Shown here: piece after piece, positions 9,728 to 18,336 of the stretch
How positions within the stretch are numbered: position 1 is the first letter of the stretch
Layout: every line of letters starts with the position of its first letter
DNA from: an uncultured Eubacteriales bacterium
Lineage (GTDB): Bacteria > Bacillota_I > Bacilli_A > RF39 > UBA660
Assembly: GCA_900320425.1 (NCBI GenBank)
Contig: ONSF01000040.1
Location: 1 to 34,299, forward strand
Direction: 5' to 3'
DNA: 34,299 nucleotides
Made by a program: the position numbers and the translations under genes
The notes under the pieces: generated by a model
The model's input: the letters and a program-made list of their open reading frames with translations, nothing else
The model's database searches: none
What the model was told of the DNA's origin: nothing

Positions 9728-10612
9728 TCATTCGCTTATATTCAAAGCTTCTATAATTCGATTAAAATCGTTTAAATCTTGAAAATTAATCTCTATTTTA
9801 GTTCCACGAATTCTAACCTTCGTTCCTAATCTATCACAAAGAAGTTCTTGAACATATTTATAGGTTTTATTTTCTTCTGTTTCACGTCTTTCCATTTTAT
9901 TACGTTTTTCAAATGATTTATCTTGTGTTAATTCTTCAATTGCTGCTGTAGTTAATCCTTCATTAATTATTCTATCAGCAATTTCTTCTACTTTACTAGG
10001 ATCTTTTATTTTACTTAATGTTCTTGCATGAGTTGCTGATATTTTTCTAGCAATAACTAAATCTTTAACAGAATCTGGAAGATTCATAAGTCCTACCATA
10101 TTGGTAACATAACTACGACTTTTTCCAATACGTTCAGCAAGTTGTTCATGACTAAGTCCACGGGATTCCATCAATTTTTGATAAGCCATTGCTTCTTCTA
10201 TTGGATTTAAATCTTCTCTTTGTAAATTTTCAAGTAAAGCAATCTCCATCATTTCTTGATCATTAAAATTACGAATAATTGCTGGTATAGTTTCTCTTCC
10301 TGCTAATTTACTAGCTTTAGCTCTTCTTTCTCCTGCAACAATTTCATAGCCTTTAATACTATTTTTAACAATAATAGGTTGAAATACACCATGTTCTTTT
10401 ATACTACTGGCAAGTTCAGAAAGAGCTGTCTCATCAAAAACCTTTCGTGGTTGATAAGGATTACTTCTTAATTCATCAAGTCTTATTTGACGAATTTCTT
10501 CTTTAGGCGTTTCTTCAACAATTTTTTCTTCTAAGGTATCAAAATCTAAAACCTCAGCACCAAATAATTCTTCAAGGCCACGTCCAAGTGCCCTTCTTCT
10601 AGCAGTTTCCAT
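9728..10612 (-). CDS. parB: Chromosome partitioning protein ParB/Spo0J
   Basis: RALGRGLEELF start, NPYQPRK, GERRAKAS arginine patch (CTP-binding fold), LENLQREDLNPIEEA, and an HTH LSHEQLAERIGKSRSYVTN. Its start overlaps the parA stop. Confidence 0.95.
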   Translation of the reverse strand: METARRRALGRGLEELFGAEVLDFDTLEEKIVEETPKEEIRQIRLDELRSNPYQPRKVFDETALSELASSIKEHGVFQPIIVKNSIKGYEIVAGERRAKASKLAGRETIPAIIRNFNDQEMMEIALLENLQREDLNPIEEAMAYQKLMESRGLSHEQLAERIGKSRSYVTNMVGLMNLPDSVKDLVIARKISATHARTLSKIKDPSKVEEIADRIINEGLTTAAIEELTQDKSFEKRNKMERRETEENKTYKYVQELLCDRLGTKVRIRGTKIEINFQDLNDFNRIIEALNISE

Positions 10613-11384
10613 TTCTCATAATCACTTCCTTTGCTAAATTTATATAGGCTTCAGAGCCTTTACTTTTGGGGTCATAAGATACAATTGGTTTTCCATGGCT
10701 TGGAGCTTCTGCTAATCTAATTAATCTAGGAATAATTGTATCATAAACCTTATCTTTAAAATAACTTCGAATTTCTTCTATCACATCAAGTCCTAAATTT
10801 GATTTAGAAAGCATTGTAAGAAGTACTCCTTCTAAATCTAAATTTGGATTTAAATTCTTTTGAGTTAACATGATAGTATTAAGTAATTGAGTAATTCCTT
10901 CTAGTGCAAAAAATTCACATTGAACTGGAATTAAACAAGAATTACTTGCTGCTAAAGCATTCGTTGTAATATTTCCAAGACTTGGAGGACAATCAATAAT
11001 AATATAATTATATTTATCTTGAATGGATTCTATTTTTTCTTTTAATTGATATGCTCTTTTAAAATTAGGATCATTTTTACTTTTTTCAATAAATTCAATA
11101 TCAATTCCAGCAAGTTGAATAGTTGAAGGAATAATATCCAGATTTTTAAAATCAGTTTTTATAACAACTTCTTCTACTTTACATCCTCCACGAAGCAAAT
11201 CATAAACACTATATTTAATATCTCCTTTATTTACACCAACTCCTGTAGTTGCATTTCCTTGAGGATCTAAATCTATTAATAATATCTTCTTTCCTAGTAA
11301 AGCAAGAGAGGCAGATAAGTTAATACTAGTTGTGGTTTTTCCTACACCACCTTTTTGATTTACTAATGAAATAATTTTTCCCAT
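10599..11384 (-). CDS. parA: Chromosome partitioning ATPase ParA/Soj
   Basis: Deviant Walker A NQKGGVGKTTT, DLDPQGNAT, IIIDCPPSLG. ATG at 11384 is preceded by AAAGGTGG. The ORF-track start at 11426 is a 14-aa over-extension without an SD. Confidence 0.95.
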   Translation of the reverse strand: MGKIISLVNQKGGVGKTTTSINLSASLALLGKKILLIDLDPQGNATTGVGVNKGDIKYSVYDLLRGGCKVEEVVIKTDFKNLDIIPSTIQLAGIDIEFIEKSKNDPNFKRAYQLKEKIESIQDKYNYIIIDCPPSLGNITTNALAASNSCLIPVQCEFFALEGITQLLNTIMLTQKNLNPNLDLEGVLLTMLSKSNLGLDVIEEIRSYFKDKVYDTIIPRLIRLAEAPSHGKPIVSYDPKSKGSEAYINLAKEVIMRNGNC

Positions 11385-11484
11385 GATTACCACCTTTTCT
11401 ATACGTTGATATTTATATTTTATCAAAAAAGAATAAAATAGGGAAGATGATTTCTAAAAATTAAGAAAAAAACCGATTTTTTAA

Positions 11485-13770
11485 TCAGTTTTCTTGCTTT
11501 TTGATTTTAATCGTAATTTGATAAACATCGTCAAAATCAATTTCTTCTGTTTCAATATCAATATGGTTTTGTTTAATTCTATCAGTTGTTTTCTTTAATT
11601 CTAATACTGCATCACGTGTTGTATGCATAGTTATTTCAGGTTCTAAAGTTATATATTCATTATTGTTTTTATCTGTTGAGGATTCTTCCATTGGTAAAGT
11701 TACCTCATTATCTCCAATTATTTCAATTTCTGGTACTCCGGAAATTTCTTTAGTATCTTCTAAATCATTATGTTCCTCTAAAGATTGATTGTCATTTGTT
11801 ATTTCTTTATCTACATTACCTTCATTTTCGTTTAATTCAACCGGAACCGGATTTACATTTAATATTTTTTCATAATCATCATCTAATGGATTATCAAACT
11901 TCTCCTGATTTATATTGCTATCATTATCATTAAAATTCATATTATTTTGAATTGGTTGACTAGTATTTGAATATTCAGAAGTTGACATTTGGTTTGGGTT
12001 TGATATCTCTGAATTTTCTAATCCGTTATATGAATATGTATTATTAACATTCTGTTCCACATAATTATTTTCCATTTGATGTGGAACATCTACAATATTA
12101 AGAGGTTGATTAAATAAATTACCTTCTTTGGGATTATAATTATTACTCATTCCATTAAAATCAGGAATTGCACCATTATTATTACCATGAAAATTATTAT
12201 AATTTTCAAAGTTACTCATTGAAAATTCATTACTAGACATTGAATTATAATTATTTATATTATTATTTAAATCATTTTTAAAAGAATAATCATTGTTTGG
12301 CATATTATTCATCATATTATTATTATCATTCGTTGAATTCAATGAGTAATTAAAATCATTAAAATTTCCAAAAGTATTCATATTGTTACCTTGATATTGG
12401 TTATTGTTTTGTGGTTCAAATTGATTAAAAGAATTCATTCCCATATCCATATTTTTATTATTGGAAACATAATTTCTATTCATTGCATCATTAAATGAAT
12501 TCATATCTGAATTAAATCCATTATTACTAGCACTATAGTTATTTCCTATATTATTCATTGATTCAAAATTATTCATCATAGAATTATTGAATCCTTGATT
12601 AAAACTATTTGACTCATCAAATTTATTAAATGCTTCACGACTTCCGTTCGAATCATCACTATCTACTAAAAAATTATTTCCATTATTCTTATTAAAATCA
12701 TCAAAATTTGGTAAAAACTGATTTTCTTTTTGTGGAACATTATCTTCTCTAATATGACTAACAAATAAATTAGAGTTGTTATTATTAATATTATTTGAAA
12801 CATAATTTGGTGTACTTTGTCCAAGTCCTCCATCAAACATAGAACCTAGGGATGAAGGTTGAGAAGAAACTGGTGATGAATTATAATTAAAATTGTCGTT
12901 TACAGCTTGAGTAGAAGCATTCATATTTCCTTCCTCATTAAATGCACTATAATCAAATGAATTATTATTGGTATTTTGAGTATTATTAGGCATATTATTA
13001 AAATTATTTGGAATATTATTAAACATGTTATTTTGAATTCCACTTTGATAATCGTTAAGTCCCATTCCTCCAAAATTTCCTAAATTATTATTCATATTAT
13101 TTTCCTCCCTTTTTATTTCTTTTATTTCTCCTGATGCATCACCAGATTCACTATCTAAATTTTCTTTATATTTTTTTATTTCTGCATCTAGTTCTCGAAC
13201 AGTCAATCTTTCTGTCCTAATTCTATTTAAAAAATCTAATTGATCTTTTTTATTACTAACTGTTAATAAACTTCTTGCATGACGTTCAGATATTTGATTT
13301 TTAATCAGTGCATTTTGTACTTCTTCCGGAAGCGACAAAAGTCTTAATTTATTTGCTATCATTGGTTGACTTCTTCCCATTGTTCTAGCTAAATCCTCTT
13401 GAGTCATATTATCAAGTTCAAGAATTCTTTTATAAGTTCTTGCTTCTTCAATTGCACTTAAGTTTTTTCTTTGTAAATTTTCCAGAAGTGATACTTTAGC
13501 ACTTTCTTTATCATCCATATTTTTTATTATCGCCGGAATCGTTGTAAGACCTGCAATAGCTGATGCTTTACTTCGTCTTTCTCCAGCAATTAGTTCATAT
13601 TTATCTCCAATTTGTCTTACAATAATTGGTTGAATTACACCATGTTCTTTTATACTATCTGCAAGTTCTTCAAGTCCTGTTTCATCAAAAACCTCTCTAG
13701 GTTGAAACCTATTTGGTATAATATCATCAAGTCTTAAATATACTACTTTTTCTTCTTCAGTATCACCCAT
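11485..13770 (-). CDS. noc: Noc-like ParB-family protein carrying a very long Asn-rich low-complexity insertion (761 aa)
   Basis: aa 1-205 are colinear with remembered B. subtilis Noc (IPNRFQPR, HG.IQPI.VR, IAGERR, IPAIIKN..DKE, LENLQR, ANKLRLL.LP.EVQ.AL, ERHAR.L). The C-terminal EEIDFDDVYQITIKIKK resembles the Noc C-terminus. nt 11899-13104 encode an N/S/F/M/G-rich tract. Its position between rsmG and parA is the canonical noc slot. Confidence 0.85.
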   Translation of the reverse strand: MGDTEEEKVVYLRLDDIIPNRFQPREVFDETGLEELADSIKEHGVIQPIIVRQIGDKYELIAGERRSKASAIAGLTTIPAIIKNMDDKESAKVSLLENLQRKNLSAIEEARTYKRILELDNMTQEDLARTMGRSQPMIANKLRLLSLPEEVQNALIKNQISERHARSLLTVSNKKDQLDFLNRIRTERLTVRELDAEIKKYKENLDSESGDASGEIKEIKREENNMNNNLGNFGGMGLNDYQSGIQNNMFNNIPNNFNNMPNNTQNTNNNSFDYSAFNEEGNMNASTQAVNDNFNYNSSPVSSQPSSLGSMFDGGLGQSTPNYVSNNINNNNSNLFVSHIREDNVPQKENQFLPNFDDFNKNNGNNFLVDSDDSNGSREAFNKFDESNSFNQGFNNSMMNNFESMNNIGNNYSASNNGFNSDMNSFNDAMNRNYVSNNKNMDMGMNSFNQFEPQNNNQYQGNNMNTFGNFNDFNYSLNSTNDNNNMMNNMPNNDYSFKNDLNNNINNYNSMSSNEFSMSNFENYNNFHGNNNGAIPDFNGMSNNYNPKEGNLFNQPLNIVDVPHQMENNYVEQNVNNTYSYNGLENSEISNPNQMSTSEYSNTSQPIQNNMNFNDNDSNINQEKFDNPLDDDYEKILNVNPVPVELNENEGNVDKEITNDNQSLEEHNDLEDTKEISGVPEIEIIGDNEVTLPMEESSTDKNNNEYITLEPEITMHTTRDAVLELKKTTDRIKQNHIDIETEEIDFDDVYQITIKIKKQEN

Positions 13771-13811
13771 TTACATCCCTCTTTCTTTTATTTCCCTTTT
13801 AATATATTTAC

Positions 13812-13820
13812 ATTATATCA
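13812..13820 (-). promoter_or_regulatory. Extended -10 promoter element TGATATAAT upstream of the noc-like gene
   Basis: The reverse complement reads TGATATAAT, about 42 nt upstream of the ATG at 13770 and downstream of the rsmG hairpin. Confidence 0.5.
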
Positions 13821-13873
13821 CATTTTTTTTAAATACAATCATTTTTTTCTCTTTTCCTTATAAAAAGTAATTT

Positions 13874-13908
13874 CCCAAAAGAAAAAATGTCAAGTAATTT
13901 AACATTTT
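13874..13908 (-). terminator. Candidate intrinsic terminator after rsmG
   Basis: On the minus strand: AAAATGT-(11 nt)-ACATTTT followed by TTCTTTT. The stem is AT-rich, so it is weak. Confidence 0.4.
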
Positions 13909-13909
13909 G

Positions 13910-14608
13910 TCATTTTTTCTTTATTTCTGAATACCTCCTTGGATATTTTAAATTTGTTGGTTTAATTTTTTCTATTTTTATTAAAGTTCTCTGACTTTTT
14001 TCAATTGGTAATTTAAATTCTTTTATTTCTATAATTTTTCCACCTAATTTTGAAATAACATCTAAAGATTCTTTTATTTCTTCTTCACAAATTCCTTTCA
14101 TAGCAACAAGAAATCCTCCTACTTTAACAGATGAAAAAGATATCTCAGAAAGAATTTTTAAATGTGCTACTGCTCTTGATATTACCAAATCGTATTCTTC
14201 TCGATTAATTTTAGTATATTCTTCACTTCTTGCACATACTACTTCTATGTTGTCTAAATCTAATTCTTTTATTATCTCTTTTAAATAATTAATTCGTTTT
14301 TGTAAAGAATCAAGAAGAGTTATTTCTAAATTGGGAAATACAATTTTTAAAACAATTCCTGGAAATCCCGCTCCTGTACCTACATCCAAAACTTTTAATT
14401 TTTTTGTTAAATCAATAATATTTACTATAGTTAAACTATCATAGAAATGTTTTAAATAAACTTCTTCTTTTATAGTAATTGTCGTTAAATTAATTTTGTG
14501 ATTCCAATCTATAAGTAAATTATAAAATTTATCTAGTTTTTTTATTTGTTCTTCAGTTAAAAAAATATTCAATTTTTCAAGTTCTTCTAAAAATACATCT
14601 TTATTCAT
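13910..14608 (-). CDS. rsmG: 16S rRNA (guanine527-N7)-methyltransferase RsmG (GidB)
   Basis: WN.KINLT, HF.DSL, SAM motif LDVGTGAGFPG..LKI..P, and SRAVA. Its start overlaps the mnmG stop (ATGAATAA). Confidence 0.95.
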   Translation of the reverse strand: MNKDVFLEELEKLNIFLTEEQIKKLDKFYNLLIDWNHKINLTTITIKEEVYLKHFYDSLTIVNIIDLTKKLKVLDVGTGAGFPGIVLKIVFPNLEITLLDSLQKRINYLKEIIKELDLDNIEVVCARSEEYTKINREEYDLVISRAVAHLKILSEISFSSVKVGGFLVAMKGICEEEIKESLDVISKLGGKIIEIKEFKLPIEKSQRTLIKIEKIKPTNLKYPRRYSEIKKK

Positions 14609-16460
14609 ATTTTCCTCTTTTTAAAACAACACTTAATACAGCTATATCACTAGGATTTACTCCACTAATACGGGAAGCTTGTCCAAGTGTTAATGGTTTA
14701 ACATTTTCTAATTTTTGTCTTGCTTCACTTGCAATATTAGATATTTTAGCATAATTAAAATCATTAGGTATTTTAATACTTTCAAGTTGTTTCAACTTTT
14801 GGGCTTCTTTTTCAGCTTTTTTTATATATCCTTCATATTTTATACTAATTTCTACTTGTTCTTTAACATCGGTTTCATAAGGCATATTTAAATTTAATAT
14901 TTTTTCTAAATCATTTATTGTTATCCCAGGCCTTTTTAAAAAATCATAATAAGTAATACCATCTAAAATAGGGGAGGTATCAATTTTTTCTAATAATGCA
15001 TTATCTTTTGTTGTTATTTTATTTTCTTTTAAATATATTCTCAAATTTTCTATATCATCTAATTTTTTCTTAAATTTTTGATATCTTACTTCATCAATTA
15101 ATCCAATTTTTTTTCCATATTCTCGAAGTCTAATATCTGCATTATCATGACGAAGTAATAATCTATATTCTGCACGACTTGTTAGCATTCGATAAGGCTC
15201 TTTTGTTCCTTTAGTTACTAAATCATCAATTAAAACTCCAATATAAGCTTCATTTCTTTTTAAAATTAACGGATCTTTCCCTTGTAACTTTAAACTGGCA
15301 TTTATTCCTGCAATTAATCCTTGGGCTGCTGCTTCTTCATATCCACTTGTACCATTAATTTGTCCAGCTGTAAATAAATTTTCAAGAATTTTATTCTCTA
15401 AACTTGGTTTCATTTCTAAAGGATCAATAGCATCATATTCTATTGCATAAGCATATTTTAATATTTTAGCATGTTCTAATCCTTTTAAACTATGAACCAT
15501 TTCTTCTTGAACTTCATGAGGCATACTTGTTGAAAATCCTTGTAAATAAATATCATCGTAGTAAATACTTTCTGGTTCTAAAAATAATTGATGTCTTTCC
15601 TTATCTTTAAATTTTACTACTTTATCTTCAATAGATGGACAATATCTTGGCCCGATTCCTGTTACATATCCTCCATACATACTAGATTTTTTTAAATTAG
15701 CATTAATAATTTCATGAGTTAATTTATTAGTATATGTTAAATAACAAGGAACTTGCTCATCTAATTTATAAAGTGGCATAGTATCATAAGAAAAAGTTCT
15801 TAAAATATTATCACCATCTTCTTTTTCTAAAACAGAAAAGTCTATTGAACTCTTTTCAATTCTTGGCGGAGTTCCGGTTTTTAATCTTTGAATAGTTAAT
15901 CCTAATTTTCTTAAATTATCACTTAAATTTTTAGCAGGGCGCTCTCCATGAGGACCTGAAGAGGTTCTTTTACTACCAACTAAAACATCGGCTTTTAGAT
16001 AAGTACCAGTTGTTAAAATAACTATTTTACTTTTAATCTCTTTTTTATCTTCTAGTTTTACTCCAACAACTTTATTATTTTCTACTATTAAATCATCAAC
16101 AATAGTTTCCTTTATGTCTAAATTAATGGTATTTTTTAAGGTTTTTAACATTTCTTTTGGATAAGTAATTTTATCTGCTTGGGCACGTAAGGCACGAACA
16201 GCAGGACCTTTTTTAGTATTTAACATTTTAAGTTGAATTAAACTCTTATCTGTATTAATTCCCATCTCTCCACCTAAAGCATCAATTTCACGAACCAAAA
16301 TACCTTTTGCCGGACCTCCTATTGATGGATTACAAGGCATGTCTGCGATATTTTTTATATTTCCCGTAATTAATAATGTTTTATTTCCAAGACGGGCTGC
16401 TGCTAAACTTGCTTCACACCCAGCATGTCCTCCTCCAACGACAATAATATCATATTCCAC
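14601..16460 (-). CDS. mnmG: tRNA uridine 5-carboxymethylaminomethyl modification enzyme MnmG (GidA)
   Basis: YDIIVVGGGHAGCEA FAD motif, CNPSIGG.AKG, GPRYCPSIEDK, QINGTSGYEEAAAQGL. GTG start at 16460 has AAAGGAAG upstream. Confidence 0.97.
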   Translation of the reverse strand: MEYDIIVVGGGHAGCEASLAAARLGNKTLLITGNIKNIADMPCNPSIGGPAKGILVREIDALGGEMGINTDKSLIQLKMLNTKKGPAVRALRAQADKITYPKEMLKTLKNTINLDIKETIVDDLIVENNKVVGVKLEDKKEIKSKIVILTTGTYLKADVLVGSKRTSSGPHGERPAKNLSDNLRKLGLTIQRLKTGTPPRIEKSSIDFSVLEKEDGDNILRTFSYDTMPLYKLDEQVPCYLTYTNKLTHEIINANLKKSSMYGGYVTGIGPRYCPSIEDKVVKFKDKERHQLFLEPESIYYDDIYLQGFSTSMPHEVQEEMVHSLKGLEHAKILKYAYAIEYDAIDPLEMKPSLENKILENLFTAGQINGTSGYEEAAAQGLIAGINASLKLQGKDPLILKRNEAYIGVLIDDLVTKGTKEPYRMLTSRAEYRLLLRHDNADIRLREYGKKIGLIDEVRYQKFKKKLDDIENLRIYLKENKITTKDNALLEKIDTSPILDGITYYDFLKRPGITINDLEKILNLNMPYETDVKEQVEISIKYEGYIKKAEKEAQKLKQLESIKIPNDFNYAKISNIASEARQKLENVKPLTLGQASRISGVNPSDIAVLSVVLKRGKYE

Positions 16461-16464
16461 AAAA

Positions 16465-16902
16465 TCACTTCCTTTTGCTTTTTAATTCAAGGTCTTTTAT
16501 TTTTTTTAAATATTCGAAACATTTATTTTTATATTCATTTAATATTAAATCTACTTTAATCTCTTCTAATTCATCTCTTGTTGTAACTCTTCTTATACTA
16601 TCAATTATTTTTCCTCTTTCATCAATTAAATAATTTAGCATCTTTTTAAGTTCAAATAAATTTAAATTTACAACATCAATTTCATCTACCATCCAATGTT
16701 GATTATTTATAAAGAAAAAAGAAATGTCATCCGAAAATTTATAAAATTTTTCTAAATTTTCATTTTCTCTTAAATCTAATAAAACCTTAATTGTTTCTGG
16801 CATTGGCAATTCTAATTTTTTTATTGTTTCTAATTCTATTCCTTGAATTTGATAAGTTCTTTCCATTTTGCCATTTTTTTCAATTGATACTAATTTTCTC
16901 AT
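16465..16902 (-). CDS. Hypothetical 145-aa soluble protein embedded between mnmE and mnmG
   Basis: The ATG at 16902 lies 4 nt after the mnmE TGA (16907-16909). Its own TGA at 16465-16467 lies 4 nt before the mnmG GTG, and the mnmG SD is inside its 3' end. No TM segment and no recognised motif. Confidence 0.6.
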   Translation of the reverse strand: MRKLVSIEKNGKMERTYQIQGIELETIKKLELPMPETIKVLLDLRENENLEKFYKFSDDISFFFINNQHWMVDEIDVVNLNLFELKKMLNYLIDERGKIIDSIRRVTTRDELEEIKVDLILNEYKNKCFEYLKKIKDLELKSKRK

Positions 16903-16906
16903 TTTA

Positions 16907-18259
16907 TCACTTCCCAACACAAAAATTTTTAAATAAATCATCTAATAATTCTTCATCATATGAATCTCCGGTAATAAATCCAAGTTGTTCCCAAATCTCT
17001 CTTAAATCCATTTCTAACATATCAAGTTCTAAATCATCGTTTATTCCTTCTTCTATATCACTTATAATTTTTAAACATTCTTTAATTTTATTTATCTGTC
17101 TTAAATTTGTAATATAATTAAAATCACTATTATTTATTTTATCTAACTGAAATAAATCTCTAATCTTTTCTTTTAGAATTTTGATTTCTTTATTATCAAG
17201 AGTATTTATTGAAATAACATTAGATAAATTCTTATCTAACTTAATTTTAGTTTCTAAATCATTTTTATTTACAACATAAATCGTTGTTTTATATTTAGTT
17301 TTATCAATTAAGATTTTATCTTCTTCTGTTAACTCTTCATTATTATTTAAAAGTAATAAAACTAAATTTGCTGATTCAATTGTTTCTATACTTTTATTTA
17401 CACCAATTTTTTCTACAATATCATCAGTTTCTCTGATTCCTGCTGTATCTATAATATTTAATTTCACTCCATCAAGATACATTATTCCTTCAACTATATC
17501 ACGAGTTGTTCCTGGAATATCAGTAACAATTGCTTTTTCACTATTAAGTAATTTATTTAGTAAACTACTTTTTCCGACATTTGGACGACCAATAATTGCT
17601 ACTTTAATTCCTTCATGAATTAATTTTGATTGTTCATAATTTTCAACAATTTCTTCTAACTCATTTTTTATTAATGGAATCTTTTCTCTTATATCATTTA
17701 TAGTTACTTCATAAATATCTTGATATTCTGGGTAATCAATATTTACTTCAATATTACTAATTATTTTTATTAACTCATCTCTTAATTTTTTTATTAAAGA
17801 ACTAATATTTCCTTTAATTCCATTTATAGCAACTTTTCTTTCAAGTTCAGTTTCGGAATTAATTAAATCGGATACAGCTTCAGCTTCAACTAAATCAATT
17901 CTTCCATTTAAAAATGCACGTTTTGTAAATTCTCCAGGTTCTGCAAGACGACACCCATTTAAAAGTAAGAGTTCTAATACTTTATTAGTTGTTGCAATAC
18001 CACCATGACAATTAATTTCAACAACATCTTCCATAGTATAAGTTTTAGGACTTTTCATGACACTTACTAATACTTCATCAATAATATTTTCTTTATCTTT
18101 TATATATCCATAATGAATAGTATGACTTTCTACTTTTTCTAAATCATGTCCTTGAAATAATTTATTAACTATAGATATACTATCATTTCCACTAACTCTT
18201 ATAATTGATATTGCACCAACTCCAAGAGAAGTTGCAATACTTGCTATAGTATCGTTCAT
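16907..18259 (-). CDS. mnmE: tRNA modification GTPase MnmE (TrmE/ThdF)
   Basis: DTIASIAT, RVSG, GRPNVGKSSLLN G1 motif, DTAGIR, NK.DL, and the C-terminal FCVGK tetrapeptide. Confidence 0.97.
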   Translation of the reverse strand: MNDTIASIATSLGVGAISIIRVSGNDSISIVNKLFQGHDLEKVESHTIHYGYIKDKENIIDEVLVSVMKSPKTYTMEDVVEINCHGGIATTNKVLELLLLNGCRLAEPGEFTKRAFLNGRIDLVEAEAVSDLINSETELERKVAINGIKGNISSLIKKLRDELIKIISNIEVNIDYPEYQDIYEVTINDIREKIPLIKNELEEIVENYEQSKLIHEGIKVAIIGRPNVGKSSLLNKLLNSEKAIVTDIPGTTRDIVEGIMYLDGVKLNIIDTAGIRETDDIVEKIGVNKSIETIESANLVLLLLNNNEELTEEDKILIDKTKYKTTIYVVNKNDLETKIKLDKNLSNVISINTLDNKEIKILKEKIRDLFQLDKINNSDFNYITNLRQINKIKECLKIISDIEEGINDDLELDMLEMDLREIWEQLGFITGDSYDEELLDDLFKNFCVGK

Positions 18260-18288
18260 AAAATCACCCCTTACAAACTTCGGTATAG

Positions 18289-18297
18289 ATTATATCA
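18289..18297 (-). promoter_or_regulatory. Extended -10 promoter element TGATATAAT for mnmE
   Basis: The reverse complement reads TGATATAAT. It follows the hairpin at 18304-18335 directly, about 30 nt upstream of the mnmE ATG (SD AAGGGGTGA). Confidence 0.55.
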
Positions 18298-18303
18298 CAA
18301 AAT

Positions 18304-18335
18304 AAAAACTATGTCACATTTTTAACATAGTTTTT
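18304..18335 (-). terminator. Intrinsic terminator closing the inserted gene block
   Basis: Perfect 11-bp inverted repeat AAAAACTATGT / ACATAGTTTTT with a 10-nt loop. It starts 1 nt after the stop at 18337-18339 and runs into TTTTTATTTT on the minus strand. Confidence 0.6.
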
Positions 18336-18336
18336 A

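Noticed and set aside
9801-9887. parS-like half sites inside parB (GTTCCACG at 9801-9808 and TGTTTCACGT at 9878-9887). TGTGGAACAT also occurs twice in the noc-like gene (12080-12089 and 12731-12740).
   Set aside because: None extends into the 16-bp palindrome TGTTNCACGTGAAACA; only one half matches in each case. I found no full parS and no Noc-binding-site-like ATTTCCCGGGAAAT in this window.
11899-13104. Highly repetitive AAT/AAC-rich DNA that at first glance could be a tandem repeat array, a CRISPR-like array or a degraded mobile element.
   Set aside because: It is one uninterrupted reading frame inside the noc-like gene, encoding a poly-Asn-type low-complexity tract. There are no regularly spaced identical repeats, no spacers, and no terminal inverted repeats.
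16791-17117. Other shadow ORFs in the track: 16791-17117 (+), 6387-6569 (+), 23051-23272 (+), 31448-31660 (-) and 33076-33279 (-).
   Set aside because: Each lies antisense within a conserved housekeeping CDS (mnmE, the zinc-ribbon protein gene, yidC, gyrB, gyrA) and has no ribosome-binding site.
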